Shown here piece after piece: positions 10,901 through 22,900 of a stretch of DNA of 64,000 bases. Source of the stretch: the human T2T-CHM13v2.0 reference genome, Homo sapiens. Position 1 is the stretch's first letter. Each line of letters starts with the position of its first letter. A program made the translations under genes and the position numbers. Under the pieces are notes generated by a model that was not told where the DNA came from, did not search any database, and saw nothing but the letters and a program-made list of their open reading frames with translations. The stretch lies in NCBI RefSeq assembly GCF_009914755.1, contig NC_060927.1; one strand, given 5' to 3'.

Positions 10901-13900
10901 GCACAGTTATAGACCATGACTGGGGAGACACGGGGCAGCTCGGTCAGCCCCGCTCTGCGGTGCATGCCCCAACACCGCTGTGCCCTCCACACACAACAAC
11001 TGTCAAGAGGTCTGCGCCCCATCATTGTGGTGCCCCACCCAGAGGAAGTCCTGATTCTGGGGGTCAGGATCCCCTGAGGTTCTTAGCCCCTTCCCCAAAC
11101 CCCTGGGGCCTGTGCTGAGCACAGTGCAGCCCCTGCTTCATTGATTTCCTTCCCCTCACAGAGACTCCAGCTGGGAGCCTCAGGTCAGCCTCACTTTACA
11201 GAGAAGAGGCTGACGCTCAGACAGGAGGGACTCGCCTGAGCTCACGAGGCCTGTGGGTGGTAAAGCCAGATCCCACCCAGACCTCAGTGGGTCTGATCAA
11301 CCCCGGCGGGGCCCTAGGATGCTGGGGATCCCTGAGTAATGTGGACTATGAGTACTTTGGGGCTTCAAACCCTCCAAGTAGCCCAAAGAGGAGGGCAGGG
11401 AGGGTTCTCCAGGACCTTGGGTATGCAGGGCCGTTCTGGGACCTTCATGGTGGGAATCTGGAGGGCACCACGTCCACCAGGGATGCCTGAGACTCCCCAT
11501 GAACAGAGGAGCCCCTGGAGAGTGGACCCAACACAGACAGTCACAGCAACTGCACAGCTGCCACGCGAGGGGAGCTGACCACACCCCAGATGCCACGCTC
11601 AAGGTTGGGCGAGCCCTGGCTCATCAGGTCCTTACAAGCTCTGCAGAGGGACTGTGTCCTGTTTCCTATGGGGACGATCAGGCCCAGGAAGGCAGGGGAA
11701 ACTATGCACGGAGACCCCAAGGCCTGGAGCCTGGCATGGCATGGCAGGGCTGGGATATGAGGCTGTGTGTGTGCTGGAGAACAATGGGGTGGGACATCTG
11801 CGGCTTTGGGGCAACCACTGGAATGAGTCGCACAAGGCTGAGCCCCACCCACTGCACTGAGGCCCCGAGGCCATGTGGGGCGGGTGGGGGTGCCCACCTG
11901 TCATGGGCTCAGGGCTGTCCAGGAATCGGGCTGGCCGCCCCTTTAGTTGGAGGCTGAGCGGGAACACCTGGCTCTTCCGGGTCGTGTGCAGCTGCAAAAG
12001 GGCAGAAAAGAGCATAGGGGGCATGGGCAATGCCTGGGGCTTTGCTGGGGATGGGTGTCATGGAGGCAGATGAAGTTGGGGCTGCTGGGGATGGGGGAAC
12101 CAGAAGGTAGAGAGAGGCAGGGTGGGGTGAGGGGTACAGCATCTGGACTTAACGCAGGCCCGCCCTCCGCCCATGCTGGAGTCACCCCACTCACCACCAC
12201 CTGGTCACAGCGTACAACAGACTCATTCACCCACACAGCCTCGAAGATCTCCTCCAGCCCAAAACTACACTCCAGGGCTGCACCCTGTGGGAAACAGGGA
12301 GTGGGAGGCGGGTTTGAGGAGAACCAAGCCAGCATGCATTGCCCTCTAACTCCAGCAGGACACCACGGGCTCCTGCTGGGAAAGGTGGGCTTGGTCGAAC
12401 TGTCAGGCCTTTGCATGGGCTGTCCCGTCCCCCAAAATCCCCTTCCTGGCCATCACGTCCAATGTTTGAGGGAGGCAAGCAGTGCAGGAATGCCAAGAAC
12501 TTTGGCCTCATGCGCTCAGCACCACTAAAAGCCTCTCCAGCATCCCCAGTGATCTAACCCAGGGGCCTTGTATTCAGCTCCTAAGGCTCCACTCCCAGCG
12601 GGGTTCCCCTGCTCTTCGAGCCTTCCCACCTCCCATCCTGCCCTACCAGGCCCTGCTCAGACGTGCCCCAACGCCCAACACGGCCAGACTCTCCTGCCCC
12701 GGCCTTTGCCTGAGCCCTCCCCTCGCCTGAACACCTGTCTTCCTTTCTACCACCCAGCAAAGCTCAACACAGCCTTCAGGATCCAGCTTAAAAGCCCCCT
12801 GTTCTGAAGCCTTCCCAGATGCTGCCCTCAAATCAAAGGGGTGTGCCTCACTTGATCCTCATTCATTCCCTCAGCAGCAACTATTCAGGTGTCTGCTGGG
12901 GCACTACGAAGCTCCTAGAGCTGCCCCCATCCCTGTGTGCCAGGCATCACCCTTAGCCTCTTGCCTGGCTGCTTACCTGTCCCCTCGCCAACCGGGGACG
13001 GTCAGGGCTCGGCCGCTCTGACACCACCCCCAAGGGCAGCAGAAAGCAGCTGGAAGAGCCCTGGCCTGGGTTCAAACCCCACCTCTGCATGTCCCAGCTA
13101 TGTGACCTCATGCAAGTTGACCCCTTCTCTGAGGCTTGGTTTTCCTACCTGGACAATGGGAATAGGGTTGCTGGGAAAACTGGAGATTGTGTACCTCAAG
13201 GGGCCGCACACGGTAGGGGCCTAATATGTGCTTGCTATCATTAGTATGCAGGAGGTATCCAATAATGTTTGTGTCATGAGGCTCAGTTCCCCAGGCTCAT
13301 CTGGCCTTCTCAGGAGCAGCACCAATACATATTTGCTGAGTAAACAGACTCAGGTTTTGTGTATTACGCCAAGCACCCAGCCAGCTGCGTGGCAGAGCTT
13401 CCTGTTTATGTCCCTGTGGCTGGCAGATGTGACACCCTGAGGAGAATGCAGGTCAACCTCCCTGCTTCTGGGGTCCCAGCCCGGAAGCTAACACAGGAAA
13501 GTGGCTGCTGACGGGGCCAAAAGCCCGTTTTGTCCCCTGCCATGCTGAGCTGGAGATGGGTCCCTCCTCTTAGTCCTCAGCCACCTCAGAACAGCACACC
13601 CGGCCTGTCCCAGAGCTCCCCAGGGTGTAGGCTCAGCAAACAGGCCCCCACCGCTGGGCCTGACTTCAGTGTTCTAGGAGCAGGCCCTGGGGAGCAGGAG
13701 GGCAGGCGCCCCTGCAGCTCGGTCAGAGTGGAGGCTGCCCCACCACACAGCTGGGAAGAATCGGCAGGACTCAAGTCAGGCTCACACCTCCCCATCCCAG
13801 GCGCCCACGGCCCAGGGGCAGAGCCATCCTGCCCACCCACCCAGCCCCCTGGCTGATCCTGGAGGCGCTTGCCCCAACTCCTGCAGGGTGGGGCTTGAGG

Positions 13901-16900
13901 GCTGAGGGCAGGCCCCACCCTAGCCCTCCCAGAGCTCCAGCCCCTGCCACGAGGCTTCCCGACACATCCCAGATGCCCGGCACGTGGCCACCACGTGTGA
14001 CAGCTCTCACGGGCCTCAGCTCCTCCATGGAAGTAACAGATGGCGAGTTCCAGGGAGGTGGGGAGGGGGGTGGCTGGCACGCCTCCAGGACTCGTCAACG
14101 CTTCCCACCCAGGACGCGCCTCCAGGAGGGGTCCAGAAAGGAGCTGCGTCCCCAACCCCCAGCCCAGATGGTGGGGGCGGGGCTAGTTGCAAAGACGAGC
14201 ACTGGTTGGGGAGTCCAGAGCTAAGCACAAGTCCAGCCCTGTGTTGTGTGATCTGGCGTCATCTACTTTTCCTTCCTGGGCCTCATCTTCCCCATCTGGA
14301 CAATGGGGAATGGGGTGGCCAAGGGGTTCTCTGGTCATTCTGCAGGGAAGACATGGAAGCCACCCACGGGGCAGTGGGCTCGGCGGTGGGTGGGTGTGTC
14401 CAGGGTCACAGCTCAGGCTAAGGGAGGACAGGGTAGGGCAGCGTCCACCCTCCGGCTGTGGCACGGGGCAGGAGAGCCTGGGGGCACTGGCTTTCCCTTG
14501 GCAGCTGTTGGCCCCCAGCTGTCCCCCTTGGCCTGGCCCTCACCACTTCCTCTTCTTGCAGCCCCGTGCAGTCAGAGTGGGGCTTCCTCATGCAGAACGT
14601 GGAAACTCAGAGAAAGAAAAGCAAAGCCCACACAGGTGCGAAAGCACTGCAGTGGGCCCAGAGCAGGGGTCACACCAGGACATGGGGGCAGTTAGTGGCC
14701 TGCGTGCTCCCCGGCCTCCTCCTGGCCCCACCCGGCGCTGGCCTGGCTTCTACTTACCTGGAAAAAGGCAGTGTTGGCCAGAGGCACCAGGATGTTCTGG
14801 GAGCCACCGGTAGGCACGGGTGCCAGGGGTGAGAGCAGGGTCCGGGGGCAGTCCTGAGGGCTCTGCAGAGGAAACAGAAGGAGAGGGTGACACAGGGGCA
14901 TTTCAGAGAAGAGGCAGGAGGACTCACTGCACCCCAGCCTGCCTGGTTCAGTCCTGCCTTCCTGAGGAGAAAACACTAGTCATTCAGTCCTAACGGCCAC
15001 CAGCCCCACCCCGTGCCTCCCACTCGCCACCACCCTCCATCCTATGGGCAGGTCGCATTGGCCCTGTTTAAAGATGAGGAAGGTGGGCACAGGCAGATGG
15101 CATAACCCGCCCAGTGGTGGGGCCAATTTCCTCCATGAGTGCTCCCTGGCCTCAGACGAGGCTGGGAGGCTGAACTCCAGGCCCAGCTCCTCCCTGTCTC
15201 TGGGCCTCACCTTTCCCAATAGTAGAACAGGGGGGCTGCACCCACTCCCTGAGATGCCCCCAGGGCTGAAACTCCAGCTTCCTGACTGACCCGTGTTAAG
15301 CGATTCAGAAAAGAGAAACCTTGGGCTTCCAAACAGCCCATAGGAAAGGCACAGGGAGGGCTCTGAATACCAGGAGGACATTTCAGAGGGCCAGATACCA
15401 CCGGTCTCCAGGGGACACCCCTCCCCACAGCCCGGGTATAAGTCACAGCCTCTAGGTGAAGGTGCCAGCCCCAGATACTCCCAGGAAGGGCCCCGGGCTC
15501 ATGGGGGGACAGCACATGGTTGGCTCTTGTTTGGTGGTGGAGTCACTGAGGCCTGGCAGAGCAGCTGCTTCATGGAACGAAAGAAGGAGGGAGGAGGGAG
15601 GGAAGGAAAGAAGGAAGGAGGGATGAAGGATGGAAGGGAGGGAGGGGAGATTGAGCCTCCAAGAGCAGTGAGCTGCCTGAGGGCGGAGGACAGGGCTGGC
15701 CCCTGAAGCCCCAGGTGTCTTGACTCTGGGGTCCTCCGAGCTGGGGCGCGTGTTAAGATGCAGAGGTCTAGCCCCGCTGCAGGGATTCAAGGCCTGGTTG
15801 GGAACTGCTGTCTCCAGGCTCCTGGGATCCATGCTCCACTGTACAGAATAAGAAACTGAGGCCTGGGGGAGGGGCAGAGACCAGAGGCAGGGCTGTTCCC
15901 GCCATGTCCACCTTAGTGATCGCTCTGAGCTGGGAGGTATGGACCCCCCAACCTGCCCTGTGTTCTCCAGCTTTGGTGGCCCCAGTGAGCCATTCCTGCC
16001 TCCTCCTGCTCCCGAATCTGACCTGCTGGGACCATGAGCAGGGCAGGACTGGGGACCTTGGAGCAGCCACACCCATGCCAAGGGGACTACAACCACCCTT
16101 CAGCTCAGGGACTTCCTACTCTGCCCTCCTTCCCAAGGCTGGTTGCAGAAGGATCTGGGTTAGAATCAGGCCAGAAAGCAAAAGCGTCCATGGGCCACGT
16201 GTGTCCACGTGAGGTCACCCAGCCAGGCCAAAGGCCTTGGGACAAAATATGAGACGCTTCTTTATTCTACATCAGATGAGAGCAGGACAGGGACTGATTC
16301 CCCTCAGGGACCCCAGCCCAAAACCGGACCTCGAGGGGATGCCAATGCCAACAACAAGAACTGATGACGATAATGCTAATAACAGTGGCAGTCACCAGCT
16401 CATCTAGCCCTCCCTCTGCTGGGACCGTTCTGAGCACTTTGCACTCTTTTAATTTACCAAATTCTACTCCCAACAACCCTAGGAGGTAGATACTATCATT
16501 ACACCCACTTTACAGAATAGGAAACTGAGGCACACAGAAGCAAAGCAGTTTGCCTACAGTGGAATGAGCAACACAGGAAGGCTCCAGTTGTCCAGACCAT
16601 TTGCTGACCACGAGACCAGAGTGGTGAGTTCCCCTAGGGACAGGGTCTGGTGCAGACCTCAGGGGCCTTGGCAAGAGAAGCAGCATAGCCAGGCCCGGGT
16701 GCTGCTGGCTCCCTGTGCCAGAATACACGAGCCACTGACCCTCTCCGGGCCTCCGTGTTCCTACCAAGGAGGGGCCCAGACGGAGTCAGCGGCGGGCCCC
16801 CTGCAGACCGCAGGCTGCCATCCTGTGCTGTGTGTAAACCCCACGGAATCCGAGGGCATGGAATCCACGTTTCCACTCAGGCCTCGAAGCCACTGCCAGG

Positions 16901-19900
16901 TCTGCTTTGCGGCTGGCTGGGGCCCAGCCTCTGTCCTCCTGGCCCCAGCCCACCCGGTGGGTAGGTGTTGATGTGGGGCTGAGGTGTGAGAGTCAGGGCA
17001 GGAGGCGCTCTCACAAGAGGGCCCCCACAGTGAATGATGTGTGACCATCCCCGAGGGCCACCCCACTCCCCTTAGCCACTTGTAACCTGTGGCCAGGTGG
17101 ATGCTCACCCCCATTCTAGAGAACCGAGGCTGGAGGAGTCCTCGCGGCTCTCACAGGGCCTCTCCTAAACTCCAGGGGAAGAACTGGTGTCCCAAACCAT
17201 CAAGGCACTCAACAACCCAGGGACCCTGAATCCACCTGGTCCCTCCCTACGTCTCTGTACCCCCAGGGACCCCCACAATTGCCCCCATGTTCCTACCACC
17301 CCACTCTCTCCACTGGCCCGTAGTGACCACCTACACCTATGAGTGGTCCTTGGGAAGCCACCCCCAGGGAAGCTACCTCATCCCTCAGGCACCTGCAAAC
17401 GGGGCACACATCCACCTTCCTCCCAGCCTCCCCTAAAGCTGAAGCCCTCCTTCCAGCATCCTCCACTTGGCACATCTTTCACGCGGGGACCATGAGGGAC
17501 AATGGGAACGTGACAGGAGACTCAGGCCCTAGCACCTCCCTTCCCAGGGACACTTCTCCCGGCTCCCGAGGGGCCACGTGGTGTGCAGATCCCGCTGCCT
17601 GCTGCCTGCTGTTCACACAGAGACCACGGCACCACTACGACTAACTGGCACTTCATTAAATGCCAAATTAAACATCAGTTCAGAGCCTCCTGCACGCCCG
17701 GGGCAGAGCTGCCTCTTCGGCTAGTTACTGTAATTCTCAGACAGGATTCCTCTGTGCCTCCACCCCAGCTCCTGGCCTGAAGAACTGCAGACCTGGGGGA
17801 CAGCCATCTGACAGGACGCTGCCATGGAACTCCCTCCCAGCTGGTGAGCTCCTATGCATCTCTCAAGACCCAGCACGAAGGTCCCCTCTCAAGAGAAATC
17901 CTCTCTCTGAAATCCTCTCTCTGAAATCCTCACTCTGGCCCACCCACAGAGAGTGGCCATCAGTTCCCAAGGTGCATGGTGGCTTTGTAGTGAGCATCTA
18001 CTATGTGCCAAGTATAGAGTTGGTATCTTACGGGCATAATTCCAGATCCCCACCAAACCCTTCAGGCAGGTCCCATTTTATAGATGGGGAAACAGAGGCA
18101 CAGAGAGATTCAGTAGCTTCCCTAAGATCATACAGCCACAGCTCACACCTGAGGCTCTTGGCTCGTGATGGCAGGACTAGTCCAACTCGGTTCTTTCCCA
18201 GGGCCCAGTACTGACTAAGGCATACAGCAGGCACTCAATAAATGCTGAACGGACTGTGACGAGGCTGGGTCCTCCTCGCATCCCCTAGGTTAGAGCACAA
18301 GAAGCAGGCTGCTGCCCAGTGTGATGCTTCCCACCACCGTAACCGAGCCCCTGCTGTGTACACAACCCTGGGCTGGGAGCTGGAAGGAAGAGACGTGATT
18401 GAGATGGGGTCCCCAGACAGGAGCAGGAGTCCTAGTGGGGTCCCAACTGTGGAGTCTGGGGGTCCAGGAGCAGCTCAGGGCTCCCGTATGGTTTCACTGC
18501 ACCGACTCCACTGGGCTCTTCTCCAGTGCTGGAAGCCCCCTGCTGCCAAGCCCCTCTTCGAATAGAATTAAGCATGGCCCCTGCCAGGCTCTTCTTCAAA
18601 GCAGTTATGGGGCTCAGGTGGGAGGTGCTGCGCACTGCGAGCGAGCAGGGGATTCCAGGCTGAGGCCATGGGGCCCCCTCCTTAGCAACTGCCGGGGTAG
18701 ACAGGGCTTCAGGGATTCCTGAGAAGATTCTCTGAGCTCAGTGCAAAAAGGCTGGGGCTGCAGAGGCTCTGGGCGCTGGGGCTGCTTCCCCGGGATGTGT
18801 GCCCAGAAAGGGGCCCCAGTGACCTTCTGCAGGGAGCCAGGGCACCAGGTGCCATGCTGGTTATCTCAGTTGTGCCATCTGGAATATGGGCAGGACCAGC
18901 CTTTGCCTGGAGAGATGAGCTGCAGGAAGGCTGGTGCCCTACCCCAGCCACCCACAGCCCTGATACGCGCCAGGTCTGAGAGGGGACGAGCTGTGATCTC
19001 AGGACCCTGGCACATCCCACCTGGCTAGGCCTTATCACCCCAGCCAAGGTCCCAGGCATCCCATTTGGCCATCCTGGCACGGGCTGCGGTGGCCTTAGAG
19101 GCTTCCTGGGCAAAGGTGAGAGGCCACCTGGAAAGTGAACAAGTCTCAGAAACCAACCAGGGGCGAGGTATGTGGCATGTCCATTTTTACTTTATCTTTA
19201 CACTAAAAAGCCTAGATTGATCCATTTTTACATTTCCTCCTCTTGCTCCCACCCCATTTAGTTGATTAAACCCAACCACCATGCAGTGCTGGGGCAGGCC
19301 TGGCCCCTGACAAGCATGGAGTCAGACTGCAGGGTCCTAGGGACTGACATGAGGACCTGGGAGCGTGTGGTTTCTGAGGCCAGCCCATCCTCCCTGTCCA
19401 GGGACAGCTGCAGCACCACCCACCCTTGGGACGCCACTGCTCGTGCAGAAACCCAGGCAGAGCCCTTTCCACCCAGTTCCTGATTTTCACAGGAGGGGAG
19501 AATATGGGCTCCAGGGGCAGAGGGACTTGGGTTAAGGCCCAAGTCTGGTACTGCCTGAGTCGATGACCTTAAGCGAATCACCTCCACAGGCCTTGAGGAC
19601 AAATGCCCTGAACACCTAGGGTTGTTGAAATGGTCTTCCTACTGCAGTGGGGGTATAAACTGGCTCAGGCTTTCTGGAAGGCAGCTGAGCTCAAGGTGTA
19701 GAACTATGGCCACACTACCAGCCCAACAGGTCATTTCTAAGAAGCGGTCTTCAGGGAATCATCAAGGATATGCATAGTGCCCTGGCTATATCAAAATGCA
19801 AAAAAGAGGAAATAATTAGTATGTCCAACTATAGGGCATGGGTTAAACGCACCGTGGTATGTGATGAGCCCCATATAGCTGTCAAAGCCAAAGCTAAGGC

Positions 19901-22900
19901 GGAATATGCAAAGGCATTGAAACATTCTCAACATGTGAATTTTTTAAAAAAGGTAATGAAACAGCAGAGGCGGAGGGGCCCCCTAGCCTGGCTTACCGTG
20001 GGGTTTGGTGAGGCCTCGCACCGAGACTGGTTGGAAACACAGGAGTGCTGCTGGCTGCACCAGAAACAGGGCCACTGTGCCGACAGGCAGCTGGTACAGC
20101 TGGAAGACAAGGAGGCCCCTCAACTCCTGGTTCCCCACCCCTCAACTCATCCCTGTCCCAGGAACTAGAACCCAAAAGGCAGATCCCAGCACAGGGAAAG
20201 GTCTTTCTCATCATCGGGGCTGCCTGGGAAAGATTGGGTCTTTAAGGTAGTGAGCTGCCTGCTAACAAGAGGTATACAAATAGGAGTTAAAAGAGACAGG
20301 GCCTTTAGAAGACTAAACTGAGTATAATCAAAGCACTTTGCCCCGTCCCACCTGGCTGTCCACAGAGGCCAGGCATCAGGCAGTATGCATTTATTGTAGA
20401 ATGAATAAATGTGCTGGTGAATGAACAACTGAAGGGCCTGTCTACCTCTACGATGCTATGATTTTTCTTCTCAGGGCCCCCTGAAAGCAAAGACCCTTCC
20501 CGGGGATGCGTTCCTCCCTCCACCAACTGGAGGCAAGCCACCCAAGCCACTCACGCTGTGTGGGGGTACACTTGTGCAGTGCGGCTGCAGTCGTAGATGG
20601 TGAAATTGGCCTTGACGATGTTCCGCCCATTGACCCTCACAGACATCTCAACAGTCACGTGGTCTGGAATGGATGGGGGAGCCAGGGGAGGACATGGGGG
20701 CAGGGGATTGCCACCAACATCAGAAGCTGTGACCTCTGGCCCCCTGCCATCCCCATGCCTGACAGTCCACCGTTCTGCCCCTCCGGGGCTGTGCCAACAG
20801 CACAGCGTGCTTACCCTGGTTGGGGGGGAAGGGCGGAAACTGGTCCCTCGGCAGGAGGTTGCAGTAGGCAATCTGGTGACCAAAGGCAGGGCCTGGGACC
20901 CGAGCCACAGTGCGGATGTTGTTCCCATAGTCACAGGCCATCTCCATGCCACTGAGGCTGGGCAGGCTGCCCGAGATCTGCAGGATCATGCCCTGGGGGC
21001 AAGGAGCCCTCAGCTCTGGGGGGCCAGGCTATGCTCCTCACAGCCTGCCCCAGGGCTGTGCACCAACCCAAGGTCTGGCACTGCCTGAATGTCCCCTGGG
21101 GGAAGGGGTAGTGGTGGCCAGGACTCAGGGCCAGAGGGCTATGCCCTACATGTGACCCTCTGAGCCTCAGTTTCCCCAGCTGCAAAATGAAACATCATCT
21201 TACAGTGGTCAAGAAGGCTCTGCATGATCTGGCCCCTGTGACCTCTGACCCCATCCCCTAATACTCTCCGAAACAGCTGATCTTGTTTCTACCTCAGGGC
21301 CTTTGCACTGGCAGTTCCCTCCACCCAGACACTCTTTCCAGATGCTCACCCTGGCTCCCCTCCTGCATATCTTACCTGACCTGGCCTGAGATGTCTGCAC
21401 CCACAACCCGCTCCCCACCCCTGTTCTGCTTTCATTTTCTCCACAGTACTTAGCATCACCTTCAGGTTTTATCTTGCCTATTCTCCTCCCCCATGAGCCT
21501 GGGGCCAGGGGTCTGTCTTGATTACTGATGTGTCCCCAGAGTCCAGAACTGTGCTTGGCACATAGTACGTGTTCCATAATATTTGTCCAATAAATGAAAT
21601 GACTGAATGAATGAGGGAAGGACTCTGTGATGTGTGATAACGGCAGGGCAGGGCAGAGGAGCCCCAGATGCTGAGCAGCTACAGGCCAGAGCCGGGCTGT
21701 CAGAGCCCCCCAGGGTGAGAGAAGAGGACCCTCATCCTCAGAGAAGTCACTGAGAGCCAGATGCATGAACCCCAGGCCTGTCTGACCCTCGGCTCCCACC
21801 CCTTGCCGGGGCCCAGAATCCCCCACCGCCAAGGCTGCCTGCCAGAGCCCTCCTGGCACAAGCCGGGGGAGACCCAGCCCCCTGCATTGCAGGTTTATCT
21901 GTTTCTGAGAAGGAGAAATTTCAGTCTGGCACCTGGTGGTCCCTCCCTCCATCCCCTGTTCTGGGAAAAGGTGGGTGGAACTCACTGTCCTCCAAGCCTC
22001 CAACTTGTACCCTCCCTCCTGGGTCTCTAGAACCCGCCTCTTGAGTTTAGATTCCAGCTCTACCACTCCCTAGCTGTGCGACCTGCAGCAAGTCGTTTCA
22101 CCACTTGGTGCCTCAGTTTCCCCATCTGTAAAATGAGGATGTCAAAAGCATCTGCTTCATAGGGTGTGTAAGGCCTAACGGAGGTGGACGTCAAGCACAG
22201 AGCACGTGCCTGGCACTTACTAGTTGGTCAGGAAAGCCCAGTCATTGTCACTGTTCTCATTATTTGTCTTCAGGTCCTTGGGGCACCATGGGTGGGAGTC
22301 TCCACCTCTCGGGGCCTGGGTGCTGGGTGAAGGGAGGCTCCCCTGTGTCCCGAGCTGGGTCTTGCCTCCCCCAGGACTCACTGGGTACTCCTGGCGCACA
22401 TCGATCTCGGAAGGCAGGACGGTCATGGCAGGACAGCGGCTGGGGCCCTCGCTGGCACTGGTCCAGAAATGCTGCTGGCTGGAATTGGTGCAGTCCTGCT
22501 GCAAGGTGCACCTGGGGTGGCACCGCAGGGTCAGGACCCAGGTCAGCTCCTCCCACCCCCACAGCCCTCCTGGTCCAGCTGTTGCTGGTGTCCAGCCTCA
22601 CCGCGTCTCCAGGGCACACCAGCCGCAGTAGGCGTCCGCCGCACCCACGCAGTCCCCACAGGTGGAGTGCACGTTGCAGGCGGCGACCTTCACCCTGGCC
22701 ATCTGGGGGCAGAGGTGGGGGCCCAGCTCAATGGGACTGCCAGCCTCTCCCTTGGGGAGGTGGTACGGTCAGCATGGTGCGGGCCATGAGAGGCTGGGGA
22801 AACTGAGGGTCAACACTCTAATGGGGGAACATGGGAGACAAGGCTTCCCTGCAGAGGCAAGGTCGGTGTTGGGAGGCGCAGGACAAGGTGGAGTTAGCAG

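Noticed and set aside
21209-22066. 285-aa minus-strand ORF
   Set aside because: Intronic, runs through an L2 remnant, and has no recognisable domain.
22512-22601. 90-nt intron 4 as an in-frame retained intron
   Set aside because: Read-through hits TGA immediately (CGG TGA).
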